DNA from: an uncultured delta proteobacterium
GTDB lineage: Bacteria > Desulfobacterota > Binatia > UBA9968
Direction: 5' to 3'
Length of the DNA stretch: 64,000 nucleotides
Assembly (NCBI GenBank): GCA_963847445.1
Contig: CAWJZV010000018.1
Span: 91,322-155,321 of the forward strand
Of this stretch, positions 22,777 through 34,100 are shown in pieces. Positions within the stretch are counted from its first letter, which is position 1. Each line of letters begins with the position of its first letter. Position numbers and translations under genes: made by a program. The notes under the pieces are model-generated. The model was not told the origin of the DNA. It worked only from the letters and a program-made list of their open reading frames with translations, and made no database searches.

Positions 22777-23517
22777 TCAATGAACCATCCGCGCTTTGCG
22801 CACCTGATCCGCGCGTATCCATCCCTGCTTGGCAAAAAACTCCGACAGGTAGCGCGCTACTAGATCGCCGCTTCCTGCGGCCATGCGGGCGACCTCCGAT
22901 TTATATGTTTTAACGCCTGCCACCGCAGCGTTGGCAGCCACCATCCCAGCGCTGACCCCTCCCGCCGCGGCCGCACCGACACCCAACGTGGTCGCTGCGC
23001 CCGGCATGTTGCCGCTGTAGGATTGGGTGGTGAAATCGAGCAATTTACGCGCTTCTTGCCCCTGGTAGACTTGCACCTGGCTATCGACCGAGGACGCTCC
23101 ATTGCCGAAGCCGACAACAAAACGACGCAGCGGATTGCCCTCGTCGACGGTCAGGAATTGACCGTCGATCAGCAGGTCGCTGCCCGTGGCCTTGGTCTCG
23201 CGGCCGACCCGTTCGACGACGAATCCCAGCGGTTTTAAGCCGTCGACAACTTCCTCCGCCAAGGCGTCTTTCACCTCCTTGGCGAGCAAACGTTCCCGCT
23301 CGGACGCATCTTTTATGTTTGGCTGTTGGCGCATGATGCCCTGATACTCTTTGACTTCGCCCTCACTCACGGCGAAGTCATACAAAAGTATTCGCGTCGG
23401 CCGCGGCAGATTGGTATCGGGAACCAGGGCAGCGCGGCGAATCCCCGTCTGGCCGCAAGCGGCAACCAAACAACAGAGCAGCGCACCGACAAACACACGA
23501 ATCCGGTTCGACATCAT
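22777..23517 (-). CDS. DUF4410-family lipoprotein
   Basis: Lipobox VAAC, ILLYDFAV, LLIDGQFLTVDEGNPLRRFVVGFGNGAS, SGNMPGAA, FFAKQGWI. Confidence 0.75.
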   Translation of the reverse strand: MMSNRIRVFVGALLCCLVAACGQTGIRRAALVPDTNLPRPTRILLYDFAVSEGEVKEYQGIMRQQPNIKDASERERLLAKEVKDALAEEVVDGLKPLGFVVERVGRETKATGSDLLIDGQFLTVDEGNPLRRFVVGFGNGASSVDSQVQVYQGQEARKLLDFTTQSYSGNMPGAATTLGVGAAAAGGVSAGMVAANAAVAGVKTYKSEVARMAAGSGDLVARYLSEFFAKQGWIRADQVRKARMVH

Positions 23518-23619
23518 GTGGGTCCTCCTCTTTCAGAAACTTGGCAGTTGACGAACATTAATGGCAGCACAACGCAACAACCTGGCTAAGTCCGGGCGAC
23601 TACGCATGCCACCGCGGCG

Positions 23620-24366
23620 CTAACGCGTCTTGGCGGTCGGACCTGTGGCAGTTGCACCCACGCCGACCGATTCCCGGTAAACCATAATTTCCACCCGGCG
23701 GTTTTTCGCCCGCCCGGCGTCGGTTTTGTTATCCCCCACCGGCACGCGCTCGCCGTAACCGACCGCCATCACGCGGGTCGGCTCGATATTTCTTTCCGCG
23801 ACGAGATAAGCCGCGATGTTTTCCGCGCGCCGCTTTGACAGCTCGTAGTTGTAGCTTGCCGAGCCTTCGGTATCGGTATGCCCGGCGACGACAAACACCA
23901 GGTTGCCGCCGTCATCGGACTGCCCCTTCACGTCGCTCAGGAAGCTGTCGATATCTTTCTTCGCCTGGCCGCTGAACTGAATCGAATTGGACGCGAAGTG
24001 CGGACCCGCGGTGAAATTCAGCACCATCTTTCGTTCCGGCTTGAGCCGTTGCAAACTTTCCAACGCAAGATTCGCCTTGGCGTCGGTTTGACCGAGGCGG
24101 GCTTCGAGATCGGCGATCTGTTTGGCCATGGTGTCGACACGGCCGTCGACTTTGGCCACCCGGCCTTCGACGTTAGTGACCCTGCCGTCCGTCTTAGTCA
24201 GACCGGCCTCTGTATCGGCAACTCTCTTGTTGATCGGGAACAGTTGCTCGTTGGTCCAGGTTTGCACCCAGTCTCGGGTCGCGACGCAGCCGCTGGCGAA
24301 CAAGATCACGCAAATACTTAATAGTGACAGTCCGCTTCGGAATAAATTTGAATAATGCACAAACAT
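23620..24366 (-). CDS. OmpA-family lipoprotein with coiled-coil
   Basis: FASGC lipobox, VAGHTDTEG..YNYELSKRRA, GYGE..PVGDN..GRAKNRRVEI. Confidence 0.85.
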   Translation of the reverse strand: MFVHYSNLFRSGLSLLSICVILFASGCVATRDWVQTWTNEQLFPINKRVADTEAGLTKTDGRVTNVEGRVAKVDGRVDTMAKQIADLEARLGQTDAKANLALESLQRLKPERKMVLNFTAGPHFASNSIQFSGQAKKDIDSFLSDVKGQSDDGGNLVFVVAGHTDTEGSASYNYELSKRRAENIAAYLVAERNIEPTRVMAVGYGERVPVGDNKTDAGRAKNRRVEIMVYRESVGVGATATGPTAKTR

Positions 24367-24531
24367 CTCCTCGTCAATTAAATTTTGTTGTTCCACTAAC
24401 TTGGGGGTTGCGGGAACCCTCGACATTTATTTACAGGAGGTAACGGAGGAAACAGAGGTTTTTTAAAAAATCCTCCGTTAACTCCGTTTGCTCCTGTTAT
24501 ATTCCCGTCCCTCAACCCTCGACACTTTGCC

Positions 24532-25027
24532 TTACTTCACCAGCGGCACGCCCTGGGCGAGATCGTACTTCACCACCGCGCGAATTTTGTTTTCAATTTG
24601 CAGATAACGCGCGACTTTGATGGTCGGCAGCGCTTTGCTGAGCTTGGGCGCGAAGGTGCTCTTGAGGTTAACCTCTGCTTGCTCGATCGCGTTGGCCTCG
24701 TCGATCAGCTTTTTCGCCTTGTCGTCGGTCAGCGACTTTTTGCGGGAGTCATCGGCGTAGCTGTCGACCAAATTGACGAGGCGACGATTGATCTTCTGCA
24801 ATTCCTTTTGATACTCGTCGTAGATCGGCCAGAAGTTCTTCGCCTCCGACTCGGTCAATTCCATGTTCGACGCCACCACCAATTTCTTATCGGCTTTGAT
24901 CTTGTCACGCAGGATCTGCATGTTGTCGGCCGGCTTGTCCTGCGCCGCCAAACCAAGCGACTGGGAGCCCCATCAGCATGATCGCTACGGCAACGCCGAT
25001 TAATTTCTTCACGAAGTCTATTCTCAT
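24532..25027 (-). CDS. Periplasmic helical hypothetical protein (Spy/CpxP-like), frameshift in signal region
   Basis: QDKPADNMQILRDKIKADKKLVVASNMELTESEAKNFWPIY..ARYLQIENKIRA. Paralogue of 25855-26349. Confidence 0.7.
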
Positions 25028-25117
25028 CGCTTATCTCCTCTTATCTTTGTAACGGCTTGAACTATTTGAACGCTTTGAACGGCTTGAACGAGTCCTTCGC
25101 CGAGGTTCCGCCTAGGC

Positions 25118-25694
25118 TTATGGATTAATTTTGGTGATCTTCGTGCCCTGGATACCGATGCCGCCCATCAGTCCCTTCTGGTCAAAGATGAATGCGTACA
25201 CGCCTTTTTGCAGGGTCGTCGTCGACAAATTCTTGCCGAAGCCTTCGTCCAACACGACCAGGCTAGGCCCGACCCCCACTTCGAAGCCGGCAGTGTTGTC
25301 GAGATACTGCAGCGAGGCATCGTCCATGAAAAACAACACGTAGCCAAACGCTTGGACTCCGGCTTGAAAACCATAGGAGACCGCCAGCGAGCGGTAATAG
25401 GCGGTGGTCTTGCCGCCCTTGCGCAAGGCGCCGTCGCCGAATTGTCCGGCGAATAATGAATCCGCCCTTGACAATGCTCGGGAAAACCAGCACCGCCACC
25501 GCCTTGTCGCCCAACGCTTTAGCGCCCGGCATTTTTTTATAAAGATCCGCCAACGCCGCCCTTGCGTCACGGTCGATCTCGCTCGCGCTCGCGGCCAGCG
25601 CCGCAGCCGGACTCCAGACATGGAAGGTAAACAGCATCAATGTCAGTCCGACGATTAAGATTCCTATCTTAGAATTTCGCATATTTGCTCTCAT
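25118..25694 (-). CDS. YSC84/SYLF lipid-binding domain protein (frameshift near 25455)
   Basis: AVAVLVFPSIVKGGF..GQFGDGALRKGG..SYGFQAGVQ..FDQKGLMGGIGIQGTKITKI. Confidence 0.8.
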
Positions 25695-25854
25695 TCTGTG
25701 CTCCTGTCATCAATTTATTAGCAGGCAATGCCACTCGTCCGTCGCCACTTTTTTACAGGAGGCAACCGAGGAAACAGAGGTTTTCGAAAAAATTCTCTGT
25801 TATCTCCGTTTGCTCCTGTTAAAATTTCCCGACACTCGTCCCTCGACACTTTTT

Positions 25855-26349
25855 CTACTGAGCCAACGGCACCGTGGCCGCGAGATCGTACCTGAGCAGC
25901 ATGCGGTACTCATTTTCGATCTGCAGATAACGCGCGGCCTTCTTTGCTGGAAGTGCCTTGGTCACCTTGGGAATAAAGGCGCTGCGTTGCTTGACTTCGT
26001 CCTGTTCGAGGGCGATCCATTCGTCGAGCAGCTTCTTGGCTTTTTCGTCGGTAAGCGATTTGCCACGGTAGTCCGCGGCGTAGCTTTTCAACAGCGCGCC
26101 CAGACGCTCATGGAATTTCTGCAAATCCTTTTGGAAATCCTCGTATACCGGCCAGAAGCTTTTCGCCTCCGACTCGGTCAATTCCATATACTTCGACACG
26201 ATCAGCTTCTTGTCCGCCTTGAGCTTCTCGTGGACGATTTCCAGATTGTTAGCGGGCTTATCCTGGGACCGCGCAATTGCCGGCGCACTCCCGAGCGCGG
26301 CCACGAATAAAACCGCCAAGTATTTTGTCCGGGTATTTCTCTTCAACAC
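25855..26349 (-). CDS. Periplasmic helical hypothetical protein (paralogue of 24532-25027)
   Basis: Intact 164-aa ORF with signal peptide and KADKKLIV..MELTESEAKSFWPVY..ARYLQIENE. Confidence 0.75.
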   Translation of the reverse strand: MLKRNTRTKYLAVLFVAALGSAPAIARSQDKPANNLEIVHEKLKADKKLIVSKYMELTESEAKSFWPVYEDFQKDLQKFHERLGALLKSYAADYRGKSLTDEKAKKLLDEWIALEQDEVKQRSAFIPKVTKALPAKKAARYLQIENEYRMLLRYDLAATVPLAQ

Positions 26350-26375
26350 GTCCTATCCTCCTTGTCGATGTTTTT

Positions 26376-26798
26376 TTACACATTAGAAACCGTTTTAAGG
26401 GCGTCGCGTCCCGGCGCCGACAACAAGTACCACAGCATCACCACCGGGACGATTGACCAGACCAGCGCTCGCACCGGCGATTCGCCTTGGATGACGACGC
26501 TGACGACCATGAATAGCGTCACCGCAGCCACCACGATGCCGAGCCATCTCACCCAACCCCAGCCGAGCAATGCGCCGCAGGCGAAGACAACGTACAAAAT
26601 CGCGATGGCCGCCACGAGGCCGCCGCGGAAAAACGCCAGGACACCAACCAGAGGGAGAATCAATAGACCCTGCCCCATGAGATCGCTGCCAGCATCGAAC
26701 CAGTGAAGCGCGCGCAGAACACCCAACGCGCTTTGAACTAGCGCCAACACGGCGACGACCGTCAAGCCGATTGCTCGCTTAGGCAATGCAGATTCCAT
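26376..26798 (-). CDS. Small four-TM membrane protein
   Basis: Hydrophobic helices from MESALPKRAIGLTVVAVLA onward. Confidence 0.65.
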   Translation of the reverse strand: MESALPKRAIGLTVVAVLALVQSALGVLRALHWFDAGSDLMGQGLLILPLVGVLAFFRGGLVAAIAILYVVFACGALLGWGWVRWLGIVVAAVTLFMVVSVVIQGESPVRALVWSIVPVVMLWYLLSAPGRDALKTVSNV

Positions 26799-26979
26799 GG
26801 TGCCTCTTAAAGAAGGTGTCGAGTGTCGAGGGGAATTCACTCGTCCTTTTCTCACAGGAGCTAACAGAGGAATACCGAGTTTTTTCAAACTTCATCTCTG
26901 TTCTCTCCGTTGTCTCCTGTTAAATTTTCCCGCTCCTCGACACTCTATCCTCGACACTCGCCCCTCGTCTCTCGCTCCG

Positions 26980-27943
26980 CTACTGCTTCACTTCCACCCA
27001 GCTTTTATCAGGGTTGAATTCCTTCATCGCCTCGCGCAACCGATGCGGTGTTCCTTCCCAAGATCCTTTTGAAACACCTTGCCTTGGTGATTGACGATGA
27101 ACGTCATCACGCCGGAATTGCCGTATTCGGCGGGATAGGCGACCAGCGCGAAGCCGCCGATCATGTTGCCCTTAACTAGATAGCTATAGGCGCCGCCCGG
27201 CGCGTTCTTGCCCTGGCCTGTAAGGATCTCGATAATAATAGCCGTGGTAGGGCGCGGGCTTGTCGGGTTTGCTTTTGCCCGTACCCTTCGCTTCACCGCG
27301 CGCGCGGCAAAGGGGCCGAGGGGACTCTCTCTTCGCCGCGCTTTAGCTTCCCAGTACAAACCATTTTTCTTGCCCGGCGTCGCTGCGGAACTTCTGAGCG
27401 TATTCTACCAGTCCGTCGCCGTCGCGATCCTTCCTGGCGTACTCGCGCTGGGCGTCGACATAGGCGAGCGAGACTTGAGTAGCGTCCAGCTCGTTCTGCC
27501 GATGCGGCGATTGAGAATCTCTTCTCTGCCTTTGGCGGTATCGAACACCCATCCTTCGCTCTTTTTGACCACGGGAATCGGAAATGGCCATCGGTGCTTG
27601 CCGACCGTGAGATCCGGCTTTCGCCTTCGGCGACCAGCCGGTTCTTCTCGTCGTAGGCGGCAAAAAATTCGCCCGCCGCTCTTTATCCGCGACCGGGTCG
27701 CCGGAAGAGAGCAAATCTTTCGCTTGCGTGCCGAAGATCGCCAGGAGATCCTTGTCATTATTGCTGCGGGCCGCGGCGACCGCTGTCTTTCACCGCTTCG
27801 TCGGCGCTGGCGAAAACTCTTTTGCGCCGCTGCCGCCATGACTCTTCATCGCGAAGCCGATAAGCGCCAGAAATACCATGCGCGAATACCGGTCCAATTC
27901 TTTGCCCAGGTGATTTTTCGATTTGTTTATTTTGAAGTTTCAT
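26980..27943 (-). CDS. DUF2950 family protein, multiple frameshifts
   Basis: WPFPIPVVK..GWVFDTAKGREEILNRRIG, AYVDAQREYA, GQGKNAPGGAYSYLVKGNMIGGFALVAYPAEYGNSGVMTFIVNHQGKVFQKDLG. Confidence 0.85.
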
Positions 27944-28000
27944 TTCGTCCTCCATCGGATCGTTACGGCTATCGAGTTTGCTCGAGGCAAATAGTTCTGG

Positions 28001-29253
28001 CTATCTGCGTCGCCCGCCGCCACCGCCGCCTCTGGCACCGCCGCCGCCACCGCCGCCCCGGCTGGCGCTGCCCCGTTGGCTCGCGCTCCTCGCCGAGCTG
28101 CCACCGCGATCGACGCCTTCAAAGGCACCGCCGCCACTTCCACCCCCGCCGCGATCCGCTGCACCCGCCCGTTCACCACCGCCTGCCTGACTCGCTCCCC
28201 CACGATCCGCTGCTGCCGCTCGATCGCCGCGCCTGACTGACTCGCTCTCCCCCGCCTGCTGTGTCGCTTGCTGTCTATTTTGCTGTTGCTGGCCTTGCTG
28301 CACAGTTTGTTGCTGCTGCGCTTGCTGCGCGCGTTGTTGCGCCTGCTGCTGTTCCGTTGGGGTCAACGCACTGAACCTGTGTGACCTCGGTAAGCCTGCC
28401 GCGCTTGCACCTGTTGAGAAGGGGTCGCTTGGTTATAGCGCTGCTGGACGGTTTGGTTGCTGTAGTTCTGCCGGTTGATGTTGTTATTGATGTTGACGTT
28501 TTGGCTATTATTGATGTTGACGTTGCCGCTGTTGTAGTTGGTATTGCCCCAGGCGTAACCCCAGGCGGCGCCTAAGGCGACTCCGGATGCAAAGGCGAAT
28601 GCAGTCGTCGTGGCCACATATCCAGGAGGATAATAGTAATAGGGCGGATAGGCAGGATACGCCCAGGCGCCATACACCACCGTGGGATTATAGGTCGGCA
28701 CATAGATCACCTGGGGATTGGCAGGCTCGATCTTGATGATCTTTTCTTCGACGATGACGGTTTGCTCTTTGGTCGTCTTGAGATTGCCGGCCGCTTGCGC
28801 CTTGGCGCGCAGACGCTGGATGGTATCCAAGACCGGCTTTTGTTGCCCGAGAAAAGCTTCCCCCAGTTTCTGAGTCCAATCCAGTTTATCGTTCATCATC
28901 GTCAGCACCTGGGGAAAATTGACCAGCGATTTGACGCTCGGATCCCAGCTTTGCGATTCGAGCGCTTTGGTCAAAGCCTCGCCTTTGAGACTTGCGTTCT
29001 GTTTGCCAAATCGCTCGGCCTGGACCACTTCGAGCGGAAACGTCGAAGCCATCAATATTTGCGCGATCAATGAATCGGGATAAAGCGCGATCGGCGCTAG
29101 TATTTGATCCAATTCTTCCTGCTTGAAAGTCGGCGGCGCCGCCGGTGACTGCGTCGGTGCTGCCGGTTGCTGCGTCAGGACCGTCGGCGGCGCTGCCAGG
29201 AGCAGAATCATCGCCCAGGCCAATGGCCGCACAAAGAGGTTTTTGGTGAACAT
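28001..29253 (-). CDS. DUF3300 family protein with Q/G-rich disordered tail (frameshift near 28365)
   Basis: ELDQILAPIALYPDSLIAQILMAST, WDPSVKSL, LDWTQKLG, IEPANPQVIYVPTYNP. Tail ends GGGGGGRRR. Confidence 0.88.
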
Positions 29254-29425
29254 GGTCGCTCCTTATTCTTTCACTTTCGCTACTCAGTTATCGGACGATC
29301 AGGAACGGATGCCAGGCGCTAAGACCTATTTAAACTCGCTCCCGGTCACTTGCCTTATATCGCCTGTCACTCGAACACTCGACTCTCAGTGTAGCTTCAC
29401 CCGTTTGCGTGACTGCAAATTGCGC

Positions 29426-29512
29426 TCACGTCAATTTTAAACCGATCCCCGACGGCCCCGCGGTGAGCTGCGTGCCGGACTCTTGCGACGACAGCGCGAT
29501 GACCACGCCCCT
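29426..29512 (-). pseudogene. Relic of the 3' end of a paralogue of the 14050-15726 gene
   Basis: GVVIALSSQESGTQLTAGPSGIGLKLT-stop versus GVVISLSSQESGTQLTAGPSGISLKLR-stop. Confidence 0.8.
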
Positions 29513-29843
29513 GCCAATGCGCGACTTCGGCGGCATTGCAATAATTGACTTGACGCTTTTATTAGATTCCTCTGGTTAAAGTTAATTGAGCACAAATTAT
29601 TTCGATTGTCATGCGAATTCTAAAGCGCCGTGCAAAGCCGAAGCTGATGAACGCAGGTTTTTCGTCACAAATCGTCGCCGGCAACTTCCCCTGTCGCTTA
29701 AGCTAAGCCATGATGGCGCTGCAAAACATTTCCCTCGCGTCTATGCACAATTTTCGCGAGATCAGTTACCCCGCTACTCAAAAGAAAATATCATCCGCAA
29801 AATTGGCCATTCGCTCCCATCATCGGCCGGGCATTGAGAACGA

Positions 29844-30244
29844 CTATGTCTCTTCCGAGCCCGTATTGAGAGCCGCGCGCAATGTTTTAATCAACAATTC
29901 GTCGTCGAAGGGCTTGCGCAAAAAAGGCCACCGCCCCGGATGCCAACGCCCGCTCGCGCACGCCGACCTCGTCATGAGCTGTGATAAAGATGATCGGCAA
30001 AGCATTTCCAGCTTGCGCGAGCCACGCCTGCACCTCCAAGCCGGTCATTCCGGGCATTTGCACGTCGAGGATCGCGCAATCGGCGTGAAACGACGGTAAC
30101 CGTTTCTATGAGTTTTGTAAACTGTGCGCCCGAGTTGAACGTTTCGGCGTTCATATCGAGTGATCGGACCAACCGCTTGATGGCGCGACAGACGGATACG
30201 TCGTCGTCCTAGACGATCGCGATAAGAGGTTTGCGTTTGTCCAT
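29844..30244 (-). CDS. Single-domain (receiver-only) response regulator, frameshifted
   Basis: Stitched: MDKRKPLIAIV/DDDVSVCRAIKRLVRS..DCAILDVQMPGMTGLEVQ..LPIIFITAHDE..GAVAF/LRKPFDDELL. Confidence 0.75.
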
Positions 30245-30335
30245 GAACCGTCGCTATCCAAAACCTATCGCGAACGGTTTGAAATCCGCGATTGATCTCT
30301 GTGCGGCGAATCTATCGGAGCAAAAGCAAACTGTA

Positions 30336-30355
30336 TATTGGACCTTAGTCCAACA
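30336..30355. promoter_or_regulatory. Palindromic operator, copy 6 (TATTGGACCTTAGTCCAACA)
   Basis: Preceded by TGTA. A minus-strand TAGATT lies at 30314-30309. ~92 bp upstream of the receiver gene. Confidence 0.78.
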
Positions 30356-30448
30356 TCAGGCTTGGGCAGGTGCATGACTTGGCGGCGCTCACGGGTTGGC
30401 GATCCGCCGGCCGGAATCGTCGCGACGGGAAATCAATCGATCGTGGCA

Positions 30449-30562
30449 ATCAACCGGCATTTCGCGATCGGGGATGGACCCCGGTCGCGACCAAGGGGAT
30501 GTTAACCCCCTTTGGAAACCCCTGCAATTTTGCTCCCGCAGCAAGCTGCGGGGAATATTAGA
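30449..30562. mobile_element. ~115-bp MITE/REPIN-like dispersed element, copy A
   Basis: Reverse complement of 46725-46839. Contains several hairpins including CCCGCAGCAAGCTGCGGG. Confidence 0.7.
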
Positions 30563-31186
30563 TTAAACCGGCTGAGACTCTTTAGGCCGGATCCCGAGCT
30601 TTTCCGCAAAGCGTACCAGATCCGCCACGGACGCGGCCCGCATCTTGACCATGACCCTGGCACGGTGCACTTTAACGGTTTTTTCCACGGTGCCGAGCTC
30701 GTGAGCGATTTGCTTATTGAGCAATCCGGTCACCACGAGAGCCATCACTTCTTGCTCGCGTGGAGTCAGGCTGTCGAAGCATGCTTGCAGCTGTTTTGTT
30801 TCCGCCAAATCCTTGCTCTCGAGTGCCGCGCGCGCCAGTGCCTGATCGATGGCGCCGAGCAGCACTTTACTCTGCACCGGCTTGGGCAGAAAATCGACGG
30901 CGCCGGCTTTCATGGCCCGGACGCTCATCGGAATATCGCCGTGCCCGGTGATGAAGATGATCGGGATCGGCATATTCGCCGCGCGCATGGCGTTCTGAAG
31001 CTCCAAGCCGTTGAGGCCCGGCATGCGCACGTCGAGCACGAGGCAGGCGACGCCGGGGGCTGCGGGCGTTGACGCGATAAACTCATGCGCCGATGCGAAG
31101 GTCTTGATTTCATAGCCCGCAGCGCGAATCAGCCGCGCCAGCGCTTTGCGCACCGAATTGTCGTCATCGACCAAATAGACCGTCAT
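30563..31186 (-). CDS. FixJ/NodW/TodT-type response regulator (REC plus LuxR HTH)
   Basis: VYLVDDD, LVLDVRMPG, FITGHGDIPMSVRAMKAGAVDFLPKP, LTPREQEV..GLLNKQIA.ELGTVEKTVKVHRARVM. Confidence 0.92.
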   Translation of the reverse strand: MTVYLVDDDNSVRKALARLIRAAGYEIKTFASAHEFIASTPAAPGVACLVLDVRMPGLNGLELQNAMRAANMPIPIIFITGHGDIPMSVRAMKAGAVDFLPKPVQSKVLLGAIDQALARAALESKDLAETKQLQACFDSLTPREQEVMALVVTGLLNKQIAHELGTVEKTVKVHRARVMVKMRAASVADLVRFAEKLGIRPKESQPV

Positions 31187-34100
31187 GTGGGACTCACGGA
31201 GATTTTCTCAGCATCGGCAAATACCGGCAAAACCAGATGGAATGTTGCGCCGCGATCCTGGTTGTTCTCCGCCCACAAGTGTCCGCCGTGGGCTTCAACA
31301 ATCGACCGGCTAATCGACAATCCCATCCCCAACCCTTCTTTCTTAGTGGTAAAGAAAGGCTCAAAGATTCTGTCAAGCTTGTCATTCGTCAACCCGGTGC
31401 CGCCGTCGCGAACGGCCACTTCCACCACGCCCATGCCGTCAGAGTGAAGTCGCACGGACACCCGCCGCTCGTCGGTTCGACATTCCTTCATTGCGTCAAA
31501 CGCGTTGAGGAGCAGATTGAGCAGGACCTGTTGCAACTGTATTCTATCACCACGGACGGAGGGGACTCCGTCGCCGGGTTGGTAATCCAACTGGACGTTT
31601 CGCAAATCCGCATCGCCGTGCACTAACGATAAGACATCGCGGATAACCGCCGGGAGATCCAGGCGCGCGAACGTCAGTTCTTCCTTCCTCACGAGCGCGC
31701 GGATTTTGCGAATGATTTCGGCGGCGCGATTGTTGTCTTCGACGATGTCTTTGAGAATATCGCGCACCTCGTCGAGGTTAAAAGCTGGGTTCATGAGGAA
31801 TCTTTGCGCTGCCTGGGCGTTGCTCAAGATAGCCGTGAGCGGCTGGTTCAACTCGTGCGCCAAAGAAGCCGTTAATTCACCCATCAACGAAACGCGCGTG
31901 ACGTGGGCCAAGTCTTCACGCTGTCGCTGCAGTTCGATTTCCATCAGCTTGCGCCGGGTAATGTCCGTCGACGCGCCCAAGACCTGATCCGCCACGCCAT
32001 TTTTTCCGCCTATGGGGCGCTTGACCGTTTGCAACCAGCGAATCTCGCCGCGAGCGTCGGTTAAGTGCTCCTCCGGCACAAAGCGCTCTTGGAGGTTGTC
32101 GATCACCTCCAGATCCATGCGGTGAAAATATTCGACTTCATCGCGGTTCGGATTGAAATCCGCGTCGGTTTTGCCGATCAGCCCTTCCACTGTCGTGCCG
32201 TAGGCGTCGGCGACCGCTTGATTGACCAGCGTGAATCGTCCATCGCGATCTTTGGCAAAAATAAAATTCGGATCGATATCGATGACTTGGCGCAGAAAAG
32301 CACGCTCCTTTTCCAACTCCTCCTCGGCTTGCTTACGCGCGCTGATATCGACGATCACCGTTAGCACGAAAAGACCGTCCTCGCGTATGAATCGGATTCG
32401 AGCCGATCTCCACGAGAAATTCACTGCCGTCTTTACGCTGGGCAAATAAGTCCCGGCCGGCGCCCATCGCTCTCGTCTGCAGCGCGGCAAAGAATCCTGC
32501 CCGATGAGCCGGATGGCCGCCACGAAACCGCTCCGGCACAAGCATCTCTATCGATTGTCCGATCAGTTCGTCGCGAGAGTAACCAAACAGCACTTCCATC
32601 TGCCGGTTGACGAGCACGATCCGACCTCGCTCGTTCACCATGACGTTAGCGTTCGGCGACGCTTCAACGGCCAGTCGGAATCGTTCTTCGCCGCGTTTGA
32701 GCTCGGCTGATATCGATGGCAGTGCCGATATAACCGAGGAAGGTGCCATCGGCTTCAAAGCGCGGCACGCCGTGATCGAGCACCCAGCAATACTCGCCGT
32801 CGTTTCTCCGCAAGCGGTATTCCATCGAAAACTCTTGCCGCGCGTGGAAAGCATTAGCGTAGAGTGGCAAGACAGCGGTCCAAGTCTTCGCGGTGCACGC
32901 CCTCCGCCCAGCCGTTGCCGAGCTCCTGCTCCAGCGTACGGCCGGTAAAGTCGAGCCAGCCTTTGTTGAAAAAGGTGCAAAGCTTGTCCGTGCCCGACAT
33001 CCAGATCATTACCGGCGCTGCGTTGGCCACGGTGCGAAAACGTTCCTCGCTCTCGCGCATGGCCTGCTCGCTCCGTTTGCGCTCGGTGACGTCAAGCATA
33101 AGGCCGCGAAGCTGCAATGGCTCGCCAGCTTTACGGTGACAGTTGACGATGTCGTGGACCCAGACGCACCTCCCCCGACAGTCTGACCATGCGATACTCG
33201 AAATCGAAATCTTCAGCGCTCTGGCTCATGGTCGAACAGGTGTCGATCGCCCGTTGCCGATCATCCGGGTGGATATGCGAGATCCAAAAATCTTTCTCGT
33301 ACCATTGCTCGAGCGGATAGCCGAGCAGCTTGACCGCCTGTGGAGTGACATAGGTAAACCGCCAACTCTCCATATCGGCTTGCCAAATGACCGCCGCGGT
33401 GGTTTCCACCAAACGACGAAGATTCTCCTCGCTCTCGCGCAGCACCGCTTCCATCCTTTTGCGTTCGGTGATGTCTAATAAGACACCCATCCTGTGCACG
33501 CCACGGCCGCCCACTACGTTAACGGTCGATCCTTTCGCTAACACCCAGCGCTCCCTGCCGTCGCCGAAGTTGGGTGCGAAACTCGCCTTCAAACGGCGCG
33601 TTGGCTTCCTGGGCGCGCTCGACTTCGGCTACGACTCGCACTCTGTCATCAGGATGAATGCGCGCAAGTATGTCGCCCGCCCGGACGGGTTCATTCGGAC
33701 TGATACCGAGCTCCGCACGCAGCACCGAGTTAACCCAGACATCGTCTCCTTTGAGATCGCGCGCCCACAAGCCCAACCCACCCGCGCGGGTCGCCATTTC
33801 CAGCAATTCCTGGCTATCCCGAAGCTCTTTTTCGGCCCGGCGCCGGCTTAATCGATTCAAGACCAAGCCGGTAATCAAACCGGCTTGCAGCAAGAAAACC
33901 ACCAGCGCACCAACGATATACCAGGGATGTTGCTCCCATATCGAGGCGGATCGGAAGCGAACGATACTGTTTTGCGGCAGGCGACTTTCGCTGATGCCCC
34001 AGCGTTTTAAAGCGCGCCAGTCGAAGATCGGCACGCCGTTCGTCAGTATCTCCAAGGGCAAGGACTTGGGCGCGGCACCGCTCAGAATCGTTCGGCCAGT

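Noticed and set aside
28001-28366. Q/G-rich ORF as a separate repeat protein
   Set aside because: It is the frameshifted low-complexity tail typical of DUF3300 proteins.
3563-30355. Operator copies or hairpin repeats as a CRISPR array
   Set aside because: Copies are kilobases apart, with no regular spacers and no cas genes.
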